DNA of 63,951 nucleotides, counting the filler, from Octopus bimaculoides (lineage: Eukaryota): NCBI RefSeq assembly GCF_001194135.2. It is 7 parts of 7 records of this genome, joined end to end, with 100 filler letters (N's around TTAATTAATTAA, not from the genome) between each part and the next. Parts side by side here need not be neighbours in the genome. Positions count along the whole stretch, not along the records: positions 34,902 to 39,161 come from NC_069004.1; positions 39,262 to 57,337 come from NC_068983.1; 5 more parts are not named here. One strand, 5' to 3'. The position numbers and the translations under genes are program-made. The notes under the pieces are model-generated. The model saw nothing but the letters and a program-made list of their open reading frames with translations, ran no database searches and was not told the origin of the DNA. Numbering within the stretch: position 1 is the stretch's first letter; each line of letters begins with the position of its first letter. Shown here one piece after another: positions 38,561 to 49,939 of the stretch.

Positions 38561-38952
38561 CTTTGGAATTAAGTGAACTGGGTTGTTATCTTAAATCTTC
38601 CTTTTATTTTTTGATATTTGAGATATAAATTTCTAATAACCTATTTTAGTATTCCTTAGCAACAGTTGGTTCACTTTAGAAATGGCAGAAACACATACCA
38701 GATAGATTATTTTATAGTTGCTTAGTGCTGTCTTGCAAGCGGACCGACATAATTTGTTTTACAACATTTTAATGTCTTCGAGAAGTGAAGCATCAGTGAT
38801 TGGAATGTGTAGACGTCTGTTTCGCTATATCTTCATTTCTATGTGCACTTTCTACATACACATACATACATACATACACCTATACACACACAATCACACA
38901 CAAACATACAGATACAAACATATGAATGTATGTATGTGTATATAAATATATA

Positions 38953-39013
<61 letters not shown>

Positions 39014-39120
39014 GTGTCTGTGTGTTTATGTACAGACGTGTACATATGCACAAATATATTATATATATGTATATATATGTATATATACATATATATGTGT
39101 ATATATATATGTGTTTATAT

Positions 39121-39161
<41 letters not shown>

Positions 39162-39261
39162 NNNNNNNNNNNNNNNNNNNNNNNNNNNNNNNNNNNNNNN
39201 NNNNNTTAATTAATTAANNNNNNNNNNNNNNNNNNNNNNNNNNNNNNNNNNNNNNNNNNNN

Positions 39262-39937
39262 ACTGCACTTCCTTTATCTGCTTCCTTAATCGTAATATCT
39301 TCATCATTTTGGAGTTCTATTAGTTCCTTCCATTGTGTAGTGTTAAAGTTTGAGTTAACTGTCTGTTTATGCATGGTGTGGTAAGGGAAGTTCTCGATGT
39401 GGTTGCAGAATTCATCTAGATTTTTATTTCTACCTTTGTGTGGGATGTGCTCACTTTTGTTTTTGACTAGTGAGTCATCTTCAGTGTTGTGATTGGTAAA
39501 TGCTTCTGTGAGTCTTAATTTTCTACAGAATTCTGTTATACTGTCCTTCACTTCATTTTGGTTGGCTCTGCTTGGAGTTGGGGTGAATTTTAGTCATTTT
39601 GAGAGGATGTCTATTTTTATGCTTGAGAGAGGTTTGGTTGAGAGATTGATTATCTTCGGTTTTTTCTGATTACTAGATTCCAGCCTGTGTCCTGGTGTCT
39701 CTGGCCTGGGGCTAAAACATGTTGTTTGTAATTTTGTTTGCATGAGCTGTCTGTTAGGTTATATGGGATTGGTTCGGGGGAATGGTAGTATTGTTGCCTT
39801 AGATTGTTATATGTGTGTGTGTGTCAATGGGTGTTTTGGTTAGTGATGTGTAACTCTAGTATGTGGGATGTTTCTTGATCTGATGTCATTTTGTGTTGTT
39901 CTTGAGTTCGGTGGGGGCCAGTAATTTTGGGTCATAG
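39262..39937 (-). pseudogene. Penelope-like element, N-terminal (pre-RT) region, bounded by gaps
   Basis: IINLSTKPLSSIKIDILSK*LKFTPTP...EFCRKLRL...LQNDEDITIKEADKGSA matches the PLE NLS...KGLKF.PTP and K.ADKG motifs. Confidence 0.85.
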
Positions 39938-40074
39938 NNNNNNNNNNNNNNNNNNNNNNNNNNNNNNNNNNNNNNNNNNNNNNNNNNNNNNNNNNNNNNN
40001 NNNNNNNNNNNNNNNNNNNNNNNNNNNNNNNNNNNNNATATATACATATATATATACATATATATACATATATA

Positions 40075-41313
40075 TATATTGCAAATAGTCTTATGATTTC
40101 TTTGGATGACTTTTGTCAATATTATGATTTTTTTTCCTTTTGATATTACTTTCCTTTTGACGTAACTTTCAGCTTATATTAGGAGCAAATTCCGTGTAAT
40201 CTTGTTTACAGTTGTTAGTTCAGTGTCAATTTTAACCTGGAGTGCTAAAGCAAACATTTTCTCCATCTTCTGCTTTTTCCTTTTATTTCTGTAAAGGTAA
40301 GAAAGCTGGTGAAGCTCACAAAGAGATATGTGAAGTTTATAGTGATGATCGCTTAACAGATTGAACATGTCAGAAATGGTTTTAAAAATTCTGTACTGGA
40401 GATTTTTCACTCAAAGATGACCTACTGAAGACCTACTGAAGAACCTTCAGTTCGACCTACTGAAGACGATGCTGACCAAATCAAAGCTATATTTGAATCT
40501 TATTGTAATAGAACTGTGGGAGAGATTGCAGAGAGGTTAAATGTATCGCACACAACAATTGAAGATCACTTGAATTATCTTGAACTCGATAAGAAGCTCA
40601 ATATTTCGGTTCCACATAAATTGAAAGAGATTCACATAACACAACAAATCAATATTTTAATGTGCATTTGAAACGCAATGAAATCGACCATCTTTGTAAA
40701 TGAATCATGACTGCCAATAAATAGTAGATTGTCTACAATAACATCAATCGAAAACGATTATGGTCCAAGCGTAACGCACCAGAACAAACTACATCGAAAG
40801 CTGAATTGCATCAAAAAAGGTGATGCTGTCAATTTGGTGGCATTACAAAGGTGTGTATTTTGAGCTGCTTCCAAGGAACGAAAAAAGCACTTCAGATGTT
40901 TACTGTCAACAACTAATGAAACCGGAGGAAGCAAACAAAGTAAAACGCCCAGAATAGACAAATTTTAAAGGACACGTGTTTCACCATCAGAACACTAGAG
41001 CACACCTGTATTTGCTAATTCGTGCAAAACTATTGGAGCTTGGTTGGGATGTGATGTGACCTTGCGCCTTCAGATTGCCATATATTTCAAAGTTTACAAA
41101 ATTCTGTGAAAGGTAAAACTTTCAATAATGATGATGACATGAAATCGGACTTGTTTTCAGTTTTGGCTGAAGTTCTATGAGTGCCAGAAAGATGGCAAAA
41201 GGTCATTGAACAAACTGGAAGATATATAATTGATTAAAGTTCATACTTTGTATGAAAAAAATGACTTTTATTTCACACTAACAAAAAACGGAATTACGTT
41301 CTTGCCAACCCTA
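40075..41313 (+). pseudogene. Near full-length decayed mariner, mellifera-subfamily-like
   Basis: FYFCKGKKAGEAHKEICEVY, SVPHKLKE (WVPHEL), MLSIWW, YFELLP, DLAPSD, RWQKVIEQTGRYIID*. 3' TIR ...GGAATTACGTTCTTGCCAACCC-TATA. Confidence 0.88.
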
Positions 41314-41473
41314 TATATATTTGCGGTTGAAATGAGGTTTTAATAATTTCCTCCATTTTCATCATACATTTGGCGTGCCAGTTTGAATCCATTTAAGAAT
41401 ATCTCGTTCTCTGATTCACGTAGCACAGAAGGCTGTTGTGATTCATAGCGAATAGAAAATAAGAGAAACTCAC

Positions 41474-41536
41474 TCGTAGTACAATCTTGGTCATAGAATT
41501 CTTTTGATGGACCTTGCCAGGATACCTCTACTGACT
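41474..41536 (-). CDS. Candidate 63-nt exon (phase 1-1), unidentified
   Basis: Minus-strand acceptor gtgtttctattcAG and donor GTGAGT; open frame SVEVSWQGPSKEFYDQDCTT. Uncorroborated. Confidence 0.25.
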
Positions 41537-42717
41537 CTGAATAGAAACACGTGTACATGCCTTAGCTTTCTGATTTCCTAAAAAGTAAATTGTTTCTGTG
41601 CCTGTAACAGTGATACACCCATATACATAAACGCTCACATTTATAAACCATAGTGCAGAATTGCACAAGTATTACAAATATATCAAAATTTAATATATTC
41701 AAACAGCTATTCAATTAAGAATATATCTGATTAATTCTATAAGTACATAATTGAATTCATGGTTAGTTATAGTTAGTGTTAATTACATTGACGTAAAGCA
41801 AATCTCGTCCCAAATTATGGAGAATACTATTATCCATATACACTATAAACTGTTGCTAGTTTAATCATGTGTGAGACTAATGTAAACACACACACACACA
41901 CACACACACACACCCACAAACATATACACACTCACTGACACACACATACACACACATACACAGCCACAGACACACACAGACACACACACATACATGTATG
42001 TATGTACGTATATATCCAGAGACAAAATGAAGAATTTTTCATGGATAAAATTTAGAAAGTACCATAAATTTCCACCTACAATTCCAAATATTATAAGTCG
42101 TGCATCATGGAATTCGAAAATATATAGATACTGAAAAATGATTCTTGATTGAAAAAATAATTTTCAAAATAAATACCATCATAAAGAGCAACGACAACAC
42201 AAATCATTGAACAACGCTAAAACACCAGTAGTAACAAGTTAAAAAAAACCAGCAACAAAAAATGCGTAAACCCCATTTGTGGCTCATGTTCTAATTTGAG
42301 AAAAGAATCTGAGGTTCATTTCAACTAAGGACAACATCTTAAAATCAAAACGCAACTTCAACTGGAAAGCTGGAAACCTATCATATACAATTACATGATC
42401 AGGATGTAAAGAAAATTATATCGGCCAAACAGGTAGCTCCTTACAACAACGAATGATTTTGCATATATCGCAAATCAACTTGCTGAAATACATACAAATA
42501 GCGAACATATCAGCACGTCTTCATCTACAATGCAATCAAAGTATATGATTTCCCCTTTATATCAATTTAGCGATTAAACAACTTAGCAGCAATGCAACTA
42601 CATGGAGTCAATCATGGTATCCGAAGTTCAGCCACATTCAAATGTTGTACAGAGGACATGGTGCCAATGCTACTGCAACCTATGGTAACGTTACCACCAC
42701 CAACATCATCACCATCA

Positions 42718-42719
42718 CG

Positions 42720-42800
<81 letters not shown>
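42718..42800. repeat. Compound (AAC)n(ACT)n microsatellite
   Basis: Direct observation. Confidence 0.95.
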
Positions 42801-42878
42801 GAGTTACAATTCCTACAGATCTTGACAATGATGCTAGTGAGATCCATGCCTGCTGCTTCTGTTACTGATATCCATTTC

Positions 42879-43487
42879 GGATCTTTTTTAAAACGGGGGC
42901 CACATTTTTCATTAACGAAACACTTTGAAACTTGGAACACTGGTAGAGTGTGTCATATAAAACATCTTTTTCTCTTAGTCTTCTTAAAAAAAAAGAAATC
43001 CATAAGTTATTCCATGTTAAAGTTGTCGTATTTCTGTAATTTCAACCAATCACTGACGTCCATTCAGCCGATATACATTAAGTGCCGACTACATAAACAA
43101 ACGATTCTGAAACAATTAAACCTAACCCTAACCCTAACCCTAACCCTAGCCCTACGGTTAGGATTAGGTTTAGGGTTAGGGTTAGGGTTAGAGTTAAAGC
43201 AAATTTAAAATGAAAAAAGCAAATAAAACGAAGGTATGGAGATTAAATACGCTTTACATCGCTTGATCAGCCAAAGGAGTAAATGTAAACAACTGAATAC
43301 TTGTCAGTGATTGGTTGAAATTATCGAAATAAGACAATTTTTTACATGAAATAAATTCGAATACGAAAATATTTTTCTGTTCTATAACACAAAATAGATA
43401 AGTATACGAAGTTTGAAAGTCTTTCCGTACCAAAAACACTACGTAAAACATTAATGAAAAATATGGCCCCCGTTTTAAAATAGATCC
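42879..43487. mobile_element. 609-bp foldback MITE, Merlin-like
   Basis: 39-bp TIRs GGATCTTTTTTAAAACGGGGGCCACATTTTTCATTAACG (3 mismatches); GG...CC termini; exact 8-bp TSD TCCATTTC (42871-42878 and 43488-43495); further inner inverted segments at 43021-43067 and 43293-43340. Confidence 0.85.
43119..43196. repeat. Interstitial telomere-like repeats, (CCCTAA)n then (TTAGGG)n
   Basis: cctaaccctaaccctaaccctaaccctagccctac followed by ggttaggattaggtttagggttagggttagggttagag, at the centre of the MITE. Confidence 0.93.
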
Positions 43488-43770
43488 TCCATTTCTTCTA
43501 CTGACGCTCTTATTACTTCCAATCAGCAGAACTGATATGAGCAAATAATTAAATTTACTCTAGCTTATTTGATTTGTTATTCCAGCATGAATAAGCTGTC
43601 TTTTTAATGCCATTGAATCCAGTAGTATATTTTAAATAAAAATGTAAATACTGCCGTACTTTAATCCATGGGAAGGTTTTCAAAGCAATGTCTTGTATTT
43701 GTGCTTTTAATATAAACTTACCCTGGCGGAATCTCTTAATCGTGAAATTATGTATATAATCTTTGCAATT

Positions 43771-44155
43771 TGTTGTTGGCACTACGTCGCTTACGACGTC
43801 GAGGGTTCCAGTTGATCCGATCAACGGAACAGCCTGCTCGTAAAATTAACGTGCAAGTGGCTGAGCACTCCACAGACACGTGTACCCTTAACGTAGTTCT
43901 CGGGGATATTCAGCGTGACACAGTGTGACAAGGCTGTCCCTTCGAATTACAGGCACAACAGAAGCAGGAAGTAAGAGTGAGAGAAAGTTGTGGTGAAAGA
44001 GTACAGCAGGGTTCGCCACCATCCGCTTCCGGAGCTTCGTGAAGCTTTAGGTGTTTTCGCTCAATAAACACTCACAACGCCCAGTCTGGGAATCGAAACC
44101 GGGATCCTATGACGGCGAGTCCGCTGCCCTAACCACTGGGCCATTGCGCCTCCAC
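43771..44155 (-). mobile_element. SINE family A, full-length copy 2
   Basis: A box TGGCCCAGTGG, B box GGTTTCGATTCC, (CAA) tail; homologous to 1008-1388. Confidence 0.88.
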
Positions 44156-45418
44156 TATCTTTGCAATATATACACTTTTATACACTTTAACAGACAGCAA
44201 AGAAAAGTATATGCAGGGTCTTGCACGCTCATGATTATAAATATTTATATATATATATATGTATATATATAGGTGTGTGTGTGTGTGTGTGTGTGTGTAT
44301 AAAAGGAATGAGAAAATATGTATCCATACATATACACACGTAACAGCATATGTAGACATATACACAGACATAATGCTCTTCTAAGTACACAGAATCAGTG
44401 TTAAAGAAACACTAATATATAAACATTATTCGTATTTACAATATCTTAGATTGCTTAAAGCAAAAACCGAATTTTATAATTCATATTATTGTAATTAATA
44501 CTACACCTCTAAGTGATTAATGACAATTTAATCTGTCTTTTGCGGGTACAAATAAACCAAGTGTTTGCTAACGATCTAGTCGTTACTAAAATCACACATT
44601 ATAATTTATATTATTGCAATTAATTTTATACTTCTTATTCGTTGCTAAGTATCTAATGAAACGATGGAAGATATATTTTTCAGTTTATATTTGCGCCTTT
44701 TATATTCAGACAAACGAAAGTAGCTAAAATGATGATAGTTTACAATAACTTCTTGCTCGGAATTAAGTAAAGAACATTAGTCAGCCTTAGTCATTTCTAA
44801 AGTTTCGCACGTACATAACCGGCAGACTTTTTTGCCGCATTGATATGAATTTGCAGATGTCAATATGACACATTCCAGGTTATAGGGAACGTTCTGTTGC
44901 TTTCAAATTGAAGATATGCTCAGCAAAAGAAATAATGTTCTTTAGGGTGTCTTTAGAAAACGAATGACAATATGTATACTATTTATGTTTGAAATACAAG
45001 TGGTGCCAATATAGAATTTAAACGAACGATATGTTTTTAATTGCGCATTTATAAACAATATCACATTTGTAATATGAAATATTTTTCGACCCTATCATTA
45101 CATATTTTTATCAGGGTTTGGCAAGAAAGAATTCCTAGAGAAAGGTAGAAAAATTTTAACATTAACATTAAACGACATTTTATTATTACTGAATTGACAT
45201 CTTTGTTTCTCTATTATCGAATCCTCTTAGCAAGCACTAGCTTTTGAATATAGAAGATTATTTTTTAAAATCTCAGCAGACAGATCATTCTTCGGTTTCT
45301 TCAGAAATGAGTTTTAAATCTGAAAAGTATTCCTTAAATGAAGTTAGTGTTGTAAGCAAACCCGAGTATAATAACAGAATGGGTGAAGTCATACGAGAAT
45401 AAAATAAAGTTTATAAAG

Positions 45419-45456
<38 letters not shown>

Positions 45457-45529
45457 NNNNNNNNNNNNNNNNNNNNNNNNNNNNNNNNNNNNNNNNNNNN
45501 NNNNNNTATATATATGTATGTGTGTGTGT

Positions 45530-45580
<51 letters not shown>

Positions 45581-45636
45581 CGTGTGAGTGTGTGGTAGAT
45601 GAAAGACGGAAGAGGGAAGATATGAGAAATTTTATT

Positions 45637-45742
45637 AATCACTACAATTGTTTCGATACATCTGGTATCGATCCCCACAGGTGACGTACTTGACAACTGG
45701 TTCAAAGGCATCCGACGGTGCAGATGTATCTCTTCTGGTGAT
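45637..45742 (-). ncRNA. Type I hammerhead ribozyme motif (PLE-associated), U4A core variant
   Basis: Minus strand: stem I AUCAC/GUGAU; core CAGAAGA (canonical CUGANGA); 10-bp stem II GAUACAUCUG/CAGAUGUAUC with a 57-nt loop; GAAA; palindromic stem III ACAAUUGU; GUA cleavage triplet. Confidence 0.7.
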
Positions 45743-46129
45743 AAGTAGCTTTAACTCTTTAAGAAAACAGTCGCGCAATTTATCTTCTCAATTCGTGTGA
45801 AGAAACGCAGCAACTTAAATCATATATCTTCATTTGTATAGAAGATCAATCATAACATAAAAGATGCAAAAAAGAAACCAAGACAAAAATAGAAAACGAA
45901 TTCGCAATACGACGAGAAAAGTATTAAAAATAACTGTTAACCGATATGGATGTTAACCTCGGGCAAGCTGCATGGCGCATGTACACTCGATTGTATAATC
46001 ATCCATGAAGATGTAAGCATAAGCACACGTGTGGTCTGGTGCACACACGTTCACATAGAGACTTAAATAGCTACTTGGTGTTTATAATAATTGGCAGGTT
46101 AAAGCTAAACATAATTCATTCACAACTTA

Positions 46130-46700
46130 AAGTAAATTATGTTGACAGTTACTCAAATTCATTCCCATTGCATTGTGCGAAAGTACATTTATATGCATAT
46201 AGGCATCTGGAGAGTCTTTGAGAAATTCTGTTAATGATTTTCTCATTGGTGCACAGAAGAGACATGGATTCTTCGGAGCAGAGTCGGCATCTTCTGGAAA
46301 TGACATTATATGGATTTTCATGCCTTACTATGGACCAATTTATGTTATACTTAATTTTATTTCCTTCGGTTGCCACACAAAATCGACCAAAGATGTTGAA
46401 TGTCACTTATTGATTCTTTGGAAGATGATAACATGGTTACAATAATGATTCTTAAATGAATCAGCCGTTTGCCCAATGTAAACATACGGTCCTCTCTATG
46501 TGTGCAGTATTAAAAGAGAATTTTTGCAGATGCTCTATGGTGACATCGAATCCGGATGTGCCTCTTTGGAAATCAATTTTCCTAAACTTACAGCTATGCT
46601 TGGACATCTGTATTTTTGATACAGAGTGATAGAAGTAATAGCAAGATAACACTTCTGATGCTGACTACTGAAGTATATTTGACGAGTAAAACCTTTTTTT
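46130..46700 (-). pseudogene. Penelope-like element GIY-YIG endonuclease remnant
   Basis: YVYIGQTADSFKNHYCNH (YIG at 46472-46480), HSTSLVDFVWQLKE, NKIKYNINWSIVRHENPYNVISRRCRLCSEE. Confidence 0.82.
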
Positions 46701-46892
46701 GATCAGTCAGCCAAAGTGTTCGACCAGCATTGTGTTATTTGTTCTAAATTCTATTATATATCTACGTATATTAGAAGACTGATCATATTTATAATGAAAT
46801 ATACTTTCTTAGACCTTTACTGTATTCACTCGGTTGGCTTTTGAATTCTGCAAAAGTTTGCCATTCAATAGCTATGAACAATTTTTCCATTT

Positions 46893-47098
46893 CGTTCGGC
46901 AATATAGCAGAATCATTAGCGCAATGAACAAAATGCTTAGATGCGTTTCTTCCGGCTTCAAGCACTGTGTTTAAATGCCACCAAGGGTACATTTGCCTTT
47001 CATCATTTCAGGGTCAATAAAATAGAGTCTGTTGATGTAATTGATGTGCTTCCGCTCCAAAATTTCAGACCTCTGATCTATAATAGAAAAAAATTATA
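46893..47098 (+). mobile_element. Old degenerate SINE-B monomer
   Basis: gcagaatcattagc...aaaatgcttag...tttgcctttcatcatttcagggtcaataaa...aatagaaaaaaatt. Confidence 0.6.
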
Positions 47099-48769
47099 CA
47101 AAAGAAGACAAGAGAGGATGTTTAAATTAAGTTAAAGCGAGGAAGATTGGTCATTTTTGACATTCATTTCTTCTCTTTTATTGATATGCAACTGATGACG
47201 ACAAAGCACCGGTTTGGAAGACATAAAAACAATTTTCCGTTTTGTAACCAGTCAGCATGCAAACAATCGAAGGAAAATTATTGCGTCAAAATTAACAACA
47301 ATACGTCTACATACACTTTCTCGACCCCATTTTCGTAGTTTATCCAGTTGTACTTAATACATAAAAATTGCATCAGTTAGTTGTAGTGTTGAGAAGATCA
47401 ATATGGTAAAAATGAGCAAGAAAGAGCAGTGCTATTCATCCTGATCATATCATTAGGGAGGGAGAAAGAAAGCAGTTCACTATGTTTCGCTTCTTACGGT
47501 TACTGAGTTCTCCTTGTACCACATTAGCAAAAAGTACAAGTAATGATTTTCTGGATATCAAAAAGCATGACTTCAGTTGGTTGCCGTAAATCTGGTGTTT
47601 CTATTCGCAGATTTCAGGAATGAGAGGAGACATACAACTAAGACAAGCCTAACAAGTATAAAGCCATTAATCTCTACTATAGCAATAGTTATGCTGAAAC
47701 ACGGGGTCAACGCTGACATGTGGCTCAACTAGGAAATTAAGCGATATTTAATATTTTATACAACCAGAATCGAGGAATTATAATGTAATTCACATAGGGA
47801 TAGCGAGGCAGAGTACCACTGATACAGGTAATCGCAGATTCCAGATGAATCTAAGAGAAAAGTGTATGCTTGTGTGTTTATATACAGACACGTAAGCAGC
47901 TACACATTTAAAAGTTTGATTCAATAAAGAAATATTCATAAAGCTTAAAATGTCACACTCGTACTCAGCTTTGCTCTTCCACGTTTCCTTGTAGACAAAT
48001 CAGCTGTTAGCAAATGAAGATAGTGAGGTAACTTCTGATCTTTTGTCATTAATTCACTGATATATGCATATCCATATTATATATAAGTGCATATGAAGAC
48101 CTATATATCTATCTCTATACACACACGTACACACACTCACATACCTAGATACATACAAATATAACCATACTCTATGCACATACAGTTTTGCACTATATGT
48201 GCTCAGTCGTGCACATATAAAGAAACACGAGATAGAGGAAGAGATATAGAAACTATATATTTATATTCTGTATATTAGATAATATAAGTAGGTAAGTAAT
48301 TAAAGCTTCTAAATTCACAAGAAAATTCTAAATCAGTATCTTAGACAAATATTTTCGCAAATTAGCTTTAAAAAAAGACATGAATACTAAGAATCTTTGG
48401 GGATTCTAATAAAGATGAAAAGAAACAATTGGATCAATAATTATAAATGTAATTAATTACTTCTATGAAGTTAATCAAAGATAATTGACTATCATTTAAC
48501 CTATTGATTAAATATTGGCAGGATATAAAAGTAAATAAAACAGTATGAAAATTTTAGGTCTCTTAAATTGTGTTAGGAGAGATATCAACGTATCTTTAAG
48601 AAATTAATTTTTTTTTTCTCGACATAAATAAGGAACCATATATAGTTACTACATTCTTATGTTTGTGTGTCTGTGCTTGTGGCGTATATATATATATGTT
48701 TACAGTATCTATCTACACACACACACCACACACACACAAACACATGTATGTATGTATATACACACATAA

Positions 48770-48807
<38 letters not shown>

Positions 48808-48844
48808 TCATATATATAAATATATATATGTATATATGTTTTTG

Positions 48845-49580
48845 AGTCTATGTCAGGTCATAGAGTGACCAATAGTTGCATATCCACAAAGGCTTTAGTC
48901 TCATGGACGTCTCGTCAGACTCTGAAACCGAACAGAAATGTAACTCGTCACTTCTGGGAGGCAGGGACCCGTTAGGTCATTTGGTCAGTAGATCATCGAA
49001 GGGTAAATTGTCCTGGGTAAGTGAGGGCTGGTTATCTCCCTTTGACCAGTTGTTTTGTGGGCCAAAATAGTGGAAGCTAGGGATTTATTCCTTGGGCTGC
49101 TCTTGGTTCGTAAGGACCCTCCGGAGTTAATCGGAGATCGGGGAACCGCATGCTTCCAGCAGGTAGCACTTAAAATGGATGTACAGAATGTAAATTTCCT
49201 GGCGAGTGTCCAATGATCCATGTTTCAGGGTGTCTTTGAGTAACCTTGCTCACTCTGCTATTCAAAGCTTTCTGCGTTCGCTCTGTTGATGTAGGGCCCT
49301 GGCTGCTCTAAGTTTTCCGCTTGATGTCGTATGGGATCCTTTCATCTTTTAGGCCTCACAGGTTGATGGCCAGGGATGTGACTAATCGTCTTTCCGGAAT
49401 CCTGAAAGAGGACGTGTGGTTATACAGATGTCTCTTGAAGGTCTTCCCAGCCGACCTGTTATATTTCCAGTCTTGGGTGTTTTTGCGCTCAGATTACTAG
49501 CGCATGTTCGGCTGGGTCCTGACCTAGATGGGTTTTCACCAGTGGCTATTCTGTACAACGGCTCTATGGCAAAGCAAATT
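48845..49580 (-). pseudogene. Second PLE GIY-YIG C-terminal remnant plus 3' region
   Basis: KTFKRHLYNHTSSFR...TSLAINL*GLKDERIPYDIK...RRKL*IAE, a decayed version of TFK.R..NH..SF...TSLS..W.LKD...Y.I.W...RC.LC..E. Confidence 0.7.
48862..48923 (-). ncRNA. Decayed type I hammerhead remnant
   Basis: Stem I AGAGU/ACUCU, intact CUGACGA and GUC triplet; GAAA changed to UAAA; stems II and III poorly paired. Confidence 0.4.
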
Positions 49581-49939
49581 ACATGCATTTATAATGTGAT
49601 GAATTACACCGAAACAGTGAACATTCAATACCTCAACAGGTTCAGCAGTATTGTGACAAGTCAGGATCCTCAGAACCACATCTGGATGATATTGAGTTAA
49701 TTGCTTTCTACTTGTAATAATTTTATACTTTTTTCAAAATTGGAAAATGTACCTCATTTAAATTATACTTTAGAACTCATGACTGCTACCTTAAGTTTTA
49801 CTTCAATGAATTAGAACAGTTGACTTTAAGCCAGGATTAAAACGATAATGTTTGCTGGCTCCGTGAAATTTCCACCAACATGGATTTAGGATAGCCACCA
49901 CTGGCATCAACACAGATGTAACAAAGACGCTCCCTGCAA

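Noticed and set aside
43119-43196. Ancestral telomere-telomere fusion site or true telomere
   Set aside because: The orientation is CCCTAA then TTAGGG (a fusion gives the reverse), the arrays are very short, and they sit inside a TIR/TSD-bounded element.
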